From Candidatus Endomicrobium embiratermitis (lineage in GTDB: Bacteria > Elusimicrobiota > Endomicrobiia > Endomicrobiales > Endomicrobiaceae): DNA of 64,000 nucleotides. The stretch lies in contig WQYI01000002.1 of NCBI GenBank assembly GCA_009781315.1, forward strand, positions 61,415 through 125,414. The letters run 5' to 3'. Positions 9,070 through 18,935 of this stretch are shown in pieces. Under the pieces are notes generated by a model. It worked only from the letters and a program-made list of their open reading frames with translations, was not told the origin of the DNA and searched no databases. Position 1 is the stretch's first letter; each line of letters opens with the position of its first letter. The position numbers and the translations under genes are program-made.

Positions 9070-10081
9070 TATCGAACAAATTATTTCGGACGCATTGCAA
9101 AAAATAAATAATTCCGATATTTCCGGACTTGAAGTTTTAAAGGCGGAATATTTAGGTAAAAACGGAGTTGTCACGCAGATTCTCAAATCCCTTTCGCAGT
9201 ACTCCGCGGAAGAAAAGAAAAAAATAGGCGCCGAAGCGAACAGAGCGAAAGATTCGATTGAATCCGCTATTGAACAAAGAGGGGAGTTTTTAAAAAATGC
9301 CGCTCTTGACGAAAAAATGGCCAAAGAAAAAGTCGATTTTTCGCAAATTTTTTATTTTCCTTTTTCAAAAGGCAGCCTGCATCCGGTTTTAAAAACAATA
9401 GAAGACATAAGCGCGGTTTTTAAATCTCTCGGTTTTGTAGTCGCAGAAGGCCCGGAGATTGAAACTGACTGGTACAATTTCGAAGCTTTAAATATTCCCT
9501 CGGATCATCCCGCAAGAGACACTCAGGACACGTTTTATATTGAAGGAATGAAAAACCTGCTCAGAACCCATACTTCTCCCGGACAGATACACGTTATGGA
9601 GAAACAAGAGCCGCCCGTGCGGGTTATAGTCCCGGGCAGAGTTTACAGAAACGAGGCTTCGGACGCTTCGCATTCGTCGACTTTTCACCAAATTGAAGGT
9701 TTGGCTGTTGATGAAAATATAACTTTCGCGGATTTAAAAAGCGTTCTTACGAAATTCGCGCATAAATTTTTCGGGCAGGATTTAGACATACGTTTCAGAC
9801 CGTCGCATTTTCAGTTTACCGAACCTTCGGCTGAAATGGACATGCAGTGCTTTTTCTGCAAAGGAAAAGGCTGCAGAGTATGCAAAAATTCAGGCTGGAT
9901 TGAAACTCTGGGCTGCGGAATGGTACACCCGAATGTGTTGAAAGCGGTAAATTATGACCCTGAGAAATATACGGGTTTCGCGTTCGGCATGGGCGTTGAA
10001 AGAATAACGATGTTGAAATACGGAATATACGATATACGCTTGTTTTACGAAAACGATTTGAGGTTTTTAAAACAGTTTTAA
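9056..10081 (+). CDS. pheS: Phenylalanine--tRNA ligase alpha subunit
   Basis: 341 aa; class II motifs (FRPSHFQFTEPS; GCGMVHPNVL). Confidence 0.92.
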   Translation: MKMNNIEQIISDALQKINNSDISGLEVLKAEYLGKNGVVTQILKSLSQYSAEEKKKIGAEANRAKDSIESAIEQRGEFLKNAALDEKMAKEKVDFSQIFYFPFSKGSLHPVLKTIEDISAVFKSLGFVVAEGPEIETDWYNFEALNIPSDHPARDTQDTFYIEGMKNLLRTHTSPGQIHVMEKQEPPVRVIVPGRVYRNEASDASHSSTFHQIEGLAVDENITFADLKSVLTKFAHKFFGQDLDIRFRPSHFQFTEPSAEMDMQCFFCKGKGCRVCKNSGWIETLGCGMVHPNVLKAVNYDPEKYTGFAFGMGVERITMLKYGIYDIRLFYENDLRFLKQF

Positions 10082-10109
10082 AACAGCAAAGTTCAAAAAA
10101 GGAAACGAA

Positions 10110-12473
10110 ATGAAAGTATCATATAACTGGCTGAAGAAATTTGTCGAATTTGATTTGTCACCCGGGGATCTTTCTTCTATGCTTACGTCTATAGGCGTTG
10201 AAACTTCCATTGCCTCGGGCGGATGCTCGTGGACGGACGTTATAACAGCTAAAGTTTTAACTAAAGAGAAACATCCGGGAGCCGACAAGCTTTCTTTGTG
10301 TGCGCTTACGGACGGCGTAAATAATTATTCCGTGGTTTGCGGGGCTGAAAATGTCGATGCGGGACAAATTGTTCCTTTAGCTAAAATCGGCGCGATACTT
10401 CCGGGTAACTTCCAGATAAAAAAAACCAAAATAAGAGGCGTAGACTCCGAAGGTATGATATGTTCTGAACAGGAACTCGGCTTTAAAGAAAATTCCGAAG
10501 GGATTTTAGTTTTGGACGAAAATACTAAAGTCGGAGTTCCTCTGGAAAGCGTTTTAGATTCGGACTCCGTTCTTAACATAGAAATAACCACAAACAGAGG
10601 CGATTGTTTAAGCCACTTGGGCGTTGCAAGAGAAATCGGCGCAAAACTTAAAAAAACTCCTATTTTGCCGGTAATAAAAACTTTTGACGTTCCCGAATTA
10701 AGCGTTGTCAAAGTAGAGTCCGATTTATGCTCGCGTTATATAGGAGCGGTTATATCCGGCGTAAAAGTCGGACCTTCGCCTAAATGGATGTCCGACGCGC
10801 TTGAAAAGTGCGGAATAAGATCAATAAATAATATCGTAGACATTACTAATTACGTTATGCTGGAACTCGGCCATCCGCTGCACGCTTTTGACATATCAAA
10901 ACTTGTTTCCAAAAAAATTGTCGTAAGAACAGCCCAAGAAAACGAATCTATGACGGCCCTTGACGGAAAAATATATAAACTCGATTCTGAAATGCTTGTA
11001 ATTGCCGATGAAACAAAGCCGGTTGCCATAGCCGGCGTCATGGGCGGCGAATATTCGGGTATTGACGAAAAAACCGAGACAATATTTTTAGAGAGCGCGA
11101 TATTTAAACCGTCTTCAATAAGAAAGACCTCAAAGAAGTTAAATCTTTCCAGCGATTCGTCTTACAGATTCGAAAGAGGCTCGGCGTGGGATATCGCGGA
11201 GCTTGCATCGTGGCGCGCGGTAAATTTAATAAGCGAACTTGCGGGCGGACGCATAGAAATAAGGGAAGACGTTAAAACCGTAAAATATGAAAAAACAAAT
11301 ATAACTTTGAGAGTTCCGAGAGTTTCAAAACTTTTGGGCTATACTATTGAGGAAAATAAAATCGCCGAGATTTTAAGATTCCTGGGCATAGATTTAAAGC
11401 CCGGCGGAAAAGAGATAATACTTTGTTCAATTCCTTCGTGGCGTAACGATATAAAAGAAGAAATTGACTTAATCGAGGAAGTCGCCCGTATTTACGGGTA
11501 TGACAATATACCTAAACCTTCGGAGCAGGGGGTTCAGATTTCTACAAAAAGCAATTCATTTTTTCCGGGGATTATCGCGGGTTTCAGGTCAAAACTTTCT
11601 GGGCTAGGCTTTAGCGAGGCTTTAAATTACAGCTTTTCCGAGATTAAAGAACTTGAATTTTTCGGTTTAAAATATTTTTACAAAATAGCAAATCCGATAT
11701 CCAAAGAAAACGAAGTTTTAAGGCCGTCGCTTCTTCCGTCTTTGTACAGGAATATTATGCTTAACGTAAGCCAGGGAGCGGAATCGGCAGCATTATTCGA
11801 ATACGGCAAGATTTACGTTGAACAAGGCGAAAGAAAAACTTTTGCGGCGATAATGTGCGGCAGAGTGTGGCCGGAATGGTGGAAATGGGCTGAAAACAAG
11901 ATAAGTCCTAAATATGATTTTTATTTCGGAGGCGGAATAGTAAAAAATATTATTCCCTCTGATAATTTTATCATTGCGGAAAATCTTTCTCCTAAAAATT
12001 ATTTTCATCCGGGCAAAACCGCCGCAATAGTCCATAGAGGCAAAGCAATAGGGCAGTTCGGAGTTTTAAAACCGTCTTTAAACGGCGATTTAAAAGACGA
12101 TATTTTTTATTTTGAAATCGACATAGAATCTTTAGAAAATGTTTATGACGGAGAAGTTTCTTTATATGAACATTATTCAAAATTTCCGTTAGTAAAAAGA
12201 GATATTTCCGTCACCGCGGAAAAATCTCTTCAGTTCGCGAAAATAGAAAAAGTCATAAAAAGCGTTATGAAAACAGGGAATATTTTAAAGGATTATTCTT
12301 TGTTTTCCGTATATGAAGACGAGTCAAAACTCGGAGCGGGAAAAATAAGTTATTCGTTCAGGCTTTCTTACAGAAATAATGAAAGAACTTTGACGGATGA
12401 GGAAGTCAATGCCGATATGAACGCTCTTATCCAAAAACTTGACAGTGAACTTTACGTAAAACTTAGAACATAG
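10110..12473 (+). CDS. pheT: Phenylalanine--tRNA ligase beta subunit
   Basis: 787 aa; N-terminal tRNA-binding domain, B3/B4, B5 and C-terminal FDX-ACB domains. Confidence 0.92.
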   Translation: MKVSYNWLKKFVEFDLSPGDLSSMLTSIGVETSIASGGCSWTDVITAKVLTKEKHPGADKLSLCALTDGVNNYSVVCGAENVDAGQIVPLAKIGAILPGNFQIKKTKIRGVDSEGMICSEQELGFKENSEGILVLDENTKVGVPLESVLDSDSVLNIEITTNRGDCLSHLGVAREIGAKLKKTPILPVIKTFDVPELSVVKVESDLCSRYIGAVISGVKVGPSPKWMSDALEKCGIRSINNIVDITNYVMLELGHPLHAFDISKLVSKKIVVRTAQENESMTALDGKIYKLDSEMLVIADETKPVAIAGVMGGEYSGIDEKTETIFLESAIFKPSSIRKTSKKLNLSSDSSYRFERGSAWDIAELASWRAVNLISELAGGRIEIREDVKTVKYEKTNITLRVPRVSKLLGYTIEENKIAEILRFLGIDLKPGGKEIILCSIPSWRNDIKEEIDLIEEVARIYGYDNIPKPSEQGVQISTKSNSFFPGIIAGFRSKLSGLGFSEALNYSFSEIKELEFFGLKYFYKIANPISKENEVLRPSLLPSLYRNIMLNVSQGAESAALFEYGKIYVEQGERKTFAAIMCGRVWPEWWKWAENKISPKYDFYFGGGIVKNIIPSDNFIIAENLSPKNYFHPGKTAAIVHRGKAIGQFGVLKPSLNGDLKDDIFYFEIDIESLENVYDGEVSLYEHYSKFPLVKRDISVTAEKSLQFAKIEKVIKSVMKTGNILKDYSLFSVYEDESKLGAGKISYSFRLSYRNNERTLTDEEVNADMNALIQKLDSELYVKLRT

Positions 12474-12494
12474 ACGCAATAAAACATACAAAAC

Positions 12495-12537
12495 AAAAAA
12501 GCCGCTATATTTGCAAATATAGCGGCTTTTTTGTTTT
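12495..12537. terminator. Bidirectional rho-independent terminator between convergent pheT and the 12652-14547 gene
   Basis: aaaaaa-GCCGCTATAT-ttgcaa-ATATAGCGGC-tttttt; perfect 10-bp stem flanked by A-tract and T-tract. Confidence 0.8.
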
Positions 12538-12545
12538 TCCTAGTT

Positions 12546-12613
12546 GTCATTCCGTTGGAAAACGGGATCCACGTTATTAGTTAAAAATGGATTCCGTTTT
12601 TCAACGGAATGAC
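12546..12613. repeat. Nested palindrome, GTCATTCC-type
   Basis: gtcattccgttggaaaacgggatcc ... ggattccgttttcaacggaatgac. Confidence 0.7.
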
Positions 12614-12651
12614 ACGACAAGAACAGGGGGGGGTAAGAAACTCGATTGATA

Positions 12652-14547
12652 TTATTTCCCTAAAAGATTTAACGGTATTAAAGAAGCCGTTTGTTTTTTT
12701 AATTCGTCTTCTTTTTTTGTAATTAAAGCTTTAACATCGTTAAGCTGTTTTTGGATATCTTTGAGTTTAGGGTCGATTTCTTTTTGAATTTTTGCTTTAT
12801 AATTATCGGCTTCAGCCTGTAAGACTTTTTTCTGGCTTTCTACGTACTGAGTGATTTCTTTTCTTATTGTTTCTTTTACATCTCCTATCGCCGCGTTTAG
12901 TATATTGCCGAATCTCTGTCCTAAGATTTTATCAATGTCGGACGAAAATGCGAATTTTAAACCGCTTTCTTTCAGTATGCCTATCTCCGCGTTAACATTT
13001 ATGCTGTTTATACCCTGCCATAGCGAGTTAACATATTTTGATATGTTTTTGTCGATTCCGGGAAATTCTCTTGAGCTGTCATATACAAGCCCATAGATGT
13101 ATAAACCTGCTTTTGTAGTAAAATCGTTTCCTTTTAGAATGAATTCCGCCGTTATGCTTGATTTTGCCTGTTTAAACGACGGTGTATAATCCGTTTCCGG
13201 AATACCTAGTCTTGCAGCTTCGACGCCTTCTAGGGAGAACAAAATTTTATCATCGGCAATTTCCGTCAATCTGTCAAAAGTGCCGGATAAATTGATTTTT
13301 TGATTCGTGTCGTCTCCCGCGATTTCAAACGTCGTATTATGTCCTATAAGTTTTTGATTAGAAGTGATATTTTTGACAAATCCTTTAAATGTTACCTGGA
13401 TATTTTCTTTTCCTTCGCCGCCCGTAGTGCCGCTCACGGAAATATTTCCTATCCACAACGACGGCAGATTATGTTTCAAAGGATAAATAATGTCTCTGCC
13501 TTTCATTCTTTCCCTGACTTCGATTTTCTTTTCCTCTTTACTCTTTTCAGGCATATACTTTCTGACAAGTTCCATATAATGAAGCGCTTTATCGACTCTG
13601 TTTATCCATATTTCTCCGAAAAGCATTCTGCTTATATTTTTAAAATCGAGCTTCGGAACGGATAGTTTTGACGCGATCTCGTCCACATCATTACTTATAA
13701 GGGACGATATGTCATTAAACATATTTTTCTGGTCGGCTACGTCTTTTGCAAGGCTTGTCTGAACCGTTTTTAAATCGGAATAAGATTTTTCAAGCTCTTT
13801 CCTTTTAGCGTCTAAAGCCTGCAGGTTTTCTTTCAAAGCTGCGGCGTCGGCGGCGGTTTTGATTTCTGTTTTAGATATTTTATCCGTAAGAGCTTTTACT
13901 TCGTCAATCTGCGTCTGAACGTTGAATGAATTTATTGTTTTTACATAAGAATCATATCTGCCCATAACGTCGACGAAAGCGGTTTGTATTTTGGCTATGG
14001 ATTGAATGCCTGTCATATCTATAACGCTTTGGGGGGAAAAATCTTTAAGCTGTCTTTGTATTTCGTCGAACCTTTTAACTCCCGGAAAAGCATTAAATTC
14101 GGCGGCAGCCTGTTTTTGCGCTTCTTTCATTTTTCTTCCCAGAAAACTTTCTTCACCGGGCTTTTTCTCTTTTTTCTTTTTGGGAGGGAGTTTGTTGGAA
14201 GTTTTTCTTGCCGTACCCCATTTCAAGCCGCCGACGCTCATATTGTCTATTATGACTTTTTTTGAAAGCAAAGGAATAAAGCGCACTTTAAAATTTATAT
14301 TGTCTATGTCGATAAGATTAGTGAATTCATTATCTTTATCGCCGATTTTTAAAGCGTTGACGTTTAAAGAAAGTTTTGTAAATGTCGTTTTTACGGATCC
14401 TATTTCAACTTTAGCGCCGAAAGCGGCTTCTCCCGCGCAGATGAAAGCTTTTTTAAGATAAACGTCGAAGTAAAAAATAAAAAAAACTATTATTAACGCG
14501 GTTATTATCACAGCGGGGATTATAAATGTCGTGCGGAATATTTTCAT
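12652..14547 (-). CDS. Conserved hypothetical membrane-anchored protein, AsmA-like (resembles TIGR03545 family)
   Basis: 631 aa; N-terminal TM helix, lysine-rich linker, long coiled-coil region; paired with the small TIGR03546-like membrane protein downstream. Confidence 0.5.
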   Translation of the reverse strand: MKIFRTTFIIPAVIITALIIVFFIFYFDVYLKKAFICAGEAAFGAKVEIGSVKTTFTKLSLNVNALKIGDKDNEFTNLIDIDNINFKVRFIPLLSKKVIIDNMSVGGLKWGTARKTSNKLPPKKKKEKKPGEESFLGRKMKEAQKQAAAEFNAFPGVKRFDEIQRQLKDFSPQSVIDMTGIQSIAKIQTAFVDVMGRYDSYVKTINSFNVQTQIDEVKALTDKISKTEIKTAADAAALKENLQALDAKRKELEKSYSDLKTVQTSLAKDVADQKNMFNDISSLISNDVDEIASKLSVPKLDFKNISRMLFGEIWINRVDKALHYMELVRKYMPEKSKEEKKIEVRERMKGRDIIYPLKHNLPSLWIGNISVSGTTGGEGKENIQVTFKGFVKNITSNQKLIGHNTTFEIAGDDTNQKINLSGTFDRLTEIADDKILFSLEGVEAARLGIPETDYTPSFKQAKSSITAEFILKGNDFTTKAGLYIYGLVYDSSREFPGIDKNISKYVNSLWQGINSINVNAEIGILKESGLKFAFSSDIDKILGQRFGNILNAAIGDVKETIRKEITQYVESQKKVLQAEADNYKAKIQKEIDPKLKDIQKQLNDVKALITKKEDELKKQTASLIPLNLLGK

Positions 14548-14560
14548 TTTTTTCTCTCCG

Positions 14561-15061
14561 TTATTTTAAAATCGTATGGGATAATATTCCGGCCGTAAGA
14601 AGTTTTGTTAATCTCCATTTCGCTACTTTGTCGCGCCAGTGCGTTCTGTAATAAGATATGAATTTTTTCGACGCGAAAAATACCGGAATGAAAAACAGCA
14701 ATCCTAAAACTATATTCCCCATAACCATAGAATTATTGAATTTAGTGAAAGGAACAATCGCAAGGTTATAAAGATAAGTCCAGAGAGGTATAAGAAAATC
14801 AATATTTAAAATAAAAAAACCGATTTTGTCGGAAATAGGGTCGAGCGCAAAGCTGATTACGCCGAACAATGTCCATGCGGCAAGAGCGGAACCTATATTG
14901 ACGCGAAGTATAAGGATTAAGACGAAAAGAATGCATTTCATAAGAATTCCCGGCACAAGACCGAGAAAAACCCCGAGCGCTGCTCCGAACGCTATTTGAT
15001 TAGGAGACACGTCGGTTTGCAGAACTTTTAAAAATTCTTTTATGAGTTTTGCGATAAACAC
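14561..15061 (-). CDS. Small integral membrane protein (resembles TIGR03546 family)
   Basis: 166 aa, 4-5 TM helices; conserved partner of the preceding gene. Confidence 0.5.
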   Translation of the reverse strand: MFIAKLIKEFLKVLQTDVSPNQIAFGAALGVFLGLVPGILMKCILFVLILILRVNIGSALAAWTLFGVISFALDPISDKIGFFILNIDFLIPLWTYLYNLAIVPFTKFNNSMVMGNIVLGLLFFIPVFFASKKFISYYRTHWRDKVAKWRLTKLLTAGILSHTILK

Positions 15062-15172
15062 AATTCCTCCAATTATTAATGGTTAACGGTTAATGATTAA
15101 TTATATGAGTGTGCTTTGCGTACCTTTCAATTAAAAAAGGTTCTGTCTTGAACAATAATTAACCATTTATCA

Positions 15173-15820
15173 TTAATCATTATTAACTATCTTTATTATT
15201 TCTTCAGGCTTTTCAACTATATAATCGGGTTTAAATTTTTTTATCTGTTCGATATTTGAATAGCCGTACAAAACGGCTATTGAAGCCGTGCCCGCGGCTT
15301 TAGCCGCTTTAAAATCGTTTTCGCTGTCGCCGATTAAGACTGTTTTAGAAGGCACTACGCCGGCTCTTTTCATTAAATCTAAAACAGGTTTCGGATCGGG
15401 CTTTTTTACTCCTGCCGTGTCTCCGCCCCAGACTTCGATGAAATATTTTAAAAGATCCAGTCTTTTTACTATTTCGTGCGAGAAAAATTCCGTTTTATTT
15501 GAAAGGATAGCTTTCTTTTTGTCTTTAAGAGTTTCAAGGGTTTTTTTAATTCCGGTATAGGCGACGGTTGTATCGGTAAGCGTTTGTCCGTAATGAAATT
15601 TGAAACGTTCCAAAGCTTCTTTGTGTATTTCTTTGTCATGCTCGGGCACGGCTTTATCCACTAAAGCATTAACGCCGCTTCCGAGAAAAGAACGCACCTT
15701 TTCCACGGTAAGCGGCTCAAAACCGAATTCTTTACGTACGCGGTTTATTGCGGAAGTTATATCTTTTTGGGAATCTATAACGGTTCCGTCCAAATCAAAA
15801 ATAAGAAAATCGTAGCCCAT
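15173..15820 (-). CDS. HAD-superfamily hydrolase, phosphoglycolate phosphatase-like
   Basis: FDLDGTVIDS motif I, SNK motif II, GDSENDFKAAKAAG motif III/IV. Confidence 0.8.
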   Translation of the reverse strand: MGYDFLIFDLDGTVIDSQKDITSAINRVRKEFGFEPLTVEKVRSFLGSGVNALVDKAVPEHDKEIHKEALERFKFHYGQTLTDTTVAYTGIKKTLETLKDKKKAILSNKTEFFSHEIVKRLDLLKYFIEVWGGDTAGVKKPDPKPVLDLMKRAGVVPSKTVLIGDSENDFKAAKAAGTASIAVLYGYSNIEQIKKFKPDYIVEKPEEIIKIVNND

Positions 15821-15831
15821 TTTAACAACCG

Positions 15832-15920
15832 GAAGTTGAGAAGATGGGAAGCTGAGATGTTGAGCAACGACTTTGTCTTTGCTTTTTCCAAACTTCTCAT
15901 CATCTCATCTTCTTATCTTC
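15832..15920. repeat. Composite palindromic element, GAAGTTGAGAAG family (family 3), copy 1
   Basis: 5' arm gaagttgagaagatgggaagctgagatgttgagcaacgac is nearly identical to the arm at 28094; 3' arm ccaaacttctcatcatctcatcttcttatcttc. Confidence 0.7.
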
Positions 15921-15925
15921 TGCCT

Positions 15926-18544
15926 TTATATGTTTTGCTGCCATTTTACCATTTCGGTAATATACTGAACTTCGCCGGAATATTGCGGCAAAACCCTTAT
16001 TGTATATCCGCAATGTCCTACTTTATCCGTTAAAATTTTGCCTTCATATATATGCAGGTCGCCTTCCTTAGATACGAGTCTCATTTCATCGACTTCCTGT
16101 TCGCTTACTACTTGCCTGGAATCAAGATACCCGCTGTAAATCTGTACGCTTATGTCGTCGGGAGTTAAAGAGCCGAGATTCACTTTTGCCTGTACCGTGA
16201 GACTGTTTGAAATTTTTATTTCGTCTTTAACATTGTCTTCGGAAAGGACTATTTTTATCGAATCCCAGTTGTCGCGTATGTTTTCCGCCCATATTGCTTT
16301 TTTCTTTACGGCGGTGAAATTGTCTTTTTTAAGTTTTTCGTGCGCGACGGCTGTAGGTATATAAAATTTTCTTGTATATTCTTCAATCATGCGGTTTGTA
16401 TTGAAAACCGGTCCGAGGGTCTGCATTGAAATTTTCATCTTTTTTATCCAGCCGCGCGGAATTCCGTCGGTTCCTCTTGTGAAATACAACGGTATAATTT
16501 CTTTTTCAAGAGTTTCGTAAATGGCGTTGCTTTCAACTTCATCCTGATATTCCCTGTCGGGATAACGGTCTATCGAGCCTATTGTCCAGCCGTTTTCATT
16601 TTCCGCGTTATAACCTTCGCACCACCAGCCGTCTAAAACGCTGAAATTAATGACGCCGTTTACGGCTGCTTTCATTCCGCTTGTTCCCGAAGCTTCTTCG
16701 GGCCTTAACGGATTATTCAGCCAGATGTCCGCGCCCTGCACCAGATAATGAGCCACGTTCATATCATAATCTTCTAAAAACACGACTTTATAACGCAGTT
16801 CCGGGTCATTTGCCATATTGACAATCTTTTTTATTATTTCTTTTCCGTTATTGTCCTGCGGATGCGCTTTGCCGGCTATGATTATCTGCACGGGAAAATC
16901 TTTGTTTGAGAGTATTTTTTTTATTCTTTCCAGGTTTTTAAAAATGAGGTCTCCGCGTTTATAAGAAGCGAATCTTCTGGCAAAACCTATGGTTAACGCT
17001 TCGGGGTCTAAAACTTCGTCGGCGTAACTTATAATCTTTTGGGAAGCTCCCCGTCTTTCAAGCTGGTGCTTGAGCTTTTCTCTCGCGAAAGATACAAGCC
17101 TTTCTCTTCTTCTTTCATGGCTTCTCCATATTTCCGCATCGGGGATTTGGGCTACTCTGTTCCATATTGTGTGGTCTGCGGGTTCGTCTTTCCACGACGA
17201 GCCCAGATATCTGTCGAAAAGCCCCGCGAACTCGTAAGATATCCACGTATTTGTGTGAATTCCGTTTGTTATGTGGGTTATAGGTACTTCTTTTCTCGGG
17301 ATTCCGGGCCATATTCCCGACCACATTTCCCTTGAAACCGTCGCGTGCAGCCTGCTTACTCCGTTTGCTTTGTTAGACACTTTCAAAGCCAGTATTGTCA
17401 TTGAGAAATTTGAAAGGTCGGTATTTTTGATTTCTTTTACCGGAAAAGAGCCTAATGCCAGAAGTTCTTCTTTTTTAGCTCCGAGTTTCCTGCACATGGG
17501 TTCAAAATATTTTAAAACCAAATCGTTTGAAAACATTTCGTTTCCGGCCGGAACCGGGGTATGCGTGGTGAAAACGCAGCTGCTTTTTACAATTTGATAA
17601 GCTTCTTCAATGGAAAGTCCGTTATCTTCAATATATCCTCTCATTTTTTCAAAAAGCAAAAACGCCGAATGCCCTTCGTTGATATGTATGACGTCAGGGT
17701 CTATTTTTAACGCTTTCAGCAGTTTCACTCCGCCTATGCCCAAAACTATTTCCTGAAGTATGCGCATTTCCCTGTCTCCGCCGTAAAGCTGGCCGGTAAT
17801 TTCTCTTACTTCTTTAGGGTTTTTTCTGAAGTCAGTATCCAAAAGATACAAAGGGACTCTGCCCACCTGCAGTTTCCAGACTCTCGCGTATATTTTTTGT
17901 TTGGGCGTGTCTATGTCTATAATCAAATATGTTCCGTCGTCATTTTTTACCTGCTGTAAAGGCATGCGGTTAAAATGATTTTCGCTGTATTCTTCCTGCT
18001 GCCAGCCGTCAAAACTTAAATATTGTTTAAAATAGCCGTATCTGTATAAAAGCCCGACGCCGACAAGCGGAAGGCCCATATCGCTTGCCGATTTCAGATG
18101 ATCTCCGGACAAAACTCCGAGGCCTCCGGAATAAATAGGTATGCTTTCATGAATTGCAAATTCCGTAGAGAAATACGCAAACTGCATATTGGCGTAATCC
18201 GAACAGGCGTGGGAATACCATGTGTTCATAGCCATATATTTTTCAAGTTCGTTTTTTACTCTTTCCATGTGCGAAACAAAACTGTCGTCTTTAGAAAGTT
18301 CTACAAGCCTTTCCTGCCTTACCATCCCGAGCATGGCTTTCGGATTATGGTATGTTTCTTCCCATAAATCCCTGTCCATCCTTCTGAAAAGTTCTACGGC
18401 TTCGCTGTTCCAGCACCACCACATATTGTTTGCTATGGTAAGAAGAGGAGCAAGAACTTCCGGCAAGTTCGGCACTACTACAAAAGGCTTTACGTTTTGG
18501 GTGTAAAAAGTCTCTTGGTTTTCGTTAAATAGATCTTTGTTCAT
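15926..18544 (-). CDS. glgP: Alpha-glucan phosphorylase (GT35)
   Basis: 872 aa; PLP-lysine region (GTSGMKAA); typical alpha-glucan-family phosphorylase architecture. Confidence 0.88.
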   Translation of the reverse strand: MNKDLFNENQETFYTQNVKPFVVVPNLPEVLAPLLTIANNMWWCWNSEAVELFRRMDRDLWEETYHNPKAMLGMVRQERLVELSKDDSFVSHMERVKNELEKYMAMNTWYSHACSDYANMQFAYFSTEFAIHESIPIYSGGLGVLSGDHLKSASDMGLPLVGVGLLYRYGYFKQYLSFDGWQQEEYSENHFNRMPLQQVKNDDGTYLIIDIDTPKQKIYARVWKLQVGRVPLYLLDTDFRKNPKEVREITGQLYGGDREMRILQEIVLGIGGVKLLKALKIDPDVIHINEGHSAFLLFEKMRGYIEDNGLSIEEAYQIVKSSCVFTTHTPVPAGNEMFSNDLVLKYFEPMCRKLGAKKEELLALGSFPVKEIKNTDLSNFSMTILALKVSNKANGVSRLHATVSREMWSGIWPGIPRKEVPITHITNGIHTNTWISYEFAGLFDRYLGSSWKDEPADHTIWNRVAQIPDAEIWRSHERRRERLVSFAREKLKHQLERRGASQKIISYADEVLDPEALTIGFARRFASYKRGDLIFKNLERIKKILSNKDFPVQIIIAGKAHPQDNNGKEIIKKIVNMANDPELRYKVVFLEDYDMNVAHYLVQGADIWLNNPLRPEEASGTSGMKAAVNGVINFSVLDGWWCEGYNAENENGWTIGSIDRYPDREYQDEVESNAIYETLEKEIIPLYFTRGTDGIPRGWIKKMKISMQTLGPVFNTNRMIEEYTRKFYIPTAVAHEKLKKDNFTAVKKKAIWAENIRDNWDSIKIVLSEDNVKDEIKISNSLTVQAKVNLGSLTPDDISVQIYSGYLDSRQVVSEQEVDEMRLVSKEGDLHIYEGKILTDKVGHCGYTIRVLPQYSGEVQYITEMVKWQQNI

Positions 18545-18611
18545 TATTGCTCCTTTAAAAAATGCCTAATATTTTCAATATGATATTAAACTTTGATATT
18601 CTTTGTCAAAG

Positions 18612-18790
18612 AAACGATTTTTCGTTTTGTTTATTCAAGCGCCGAGCGCATTCATTAAAAATTTTTAAAACAATTTGCGGAACTTGCGGCAGATAAAGAC
18701 TTATAAGGTTGCCGCTTCAAACAGTCCTCAATAGATTTTTAAAAAAATTTAATTCATAGACCGCGCTAATGCGCTTTGCATAAACAAAAC
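18612..18790 (-). mobile_element. MITE-like ~175-bp element with terminal inverted repeats (same family as 52262-52440, opposite orientation)
   Basis: The reverse complement aligns along its whole length with 52262-52440; termini gttttgtttatgcaaagcgc / gcgcttgaataaacaaaac. Confidence 0.7.
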
Positions 18791-18892
18791 AGGGTATTTC
18801 AAGACAACGACAAAGACGAGGAGGCTAGTATTTAAAGCAAGCAGTTGGAAAGGCAGGTAGTATTAGCAGTGATAATATATCTATAAATAAAA

Positions 18893-18925
18893 AAAGGGCA
18901 GAGTTTAAAAACTCTGCCCTTTAGA
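18893..18925 (-). terminator. Rho-independent terminator of the 18936-19535 gene
   Basis: GGGCAGAG-tttaaaaa-CTCTGCCC followed by a T7 run on the minus strand. Confidence 0.75.
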
Positions 18926-18935
18926 AAAATAACAA

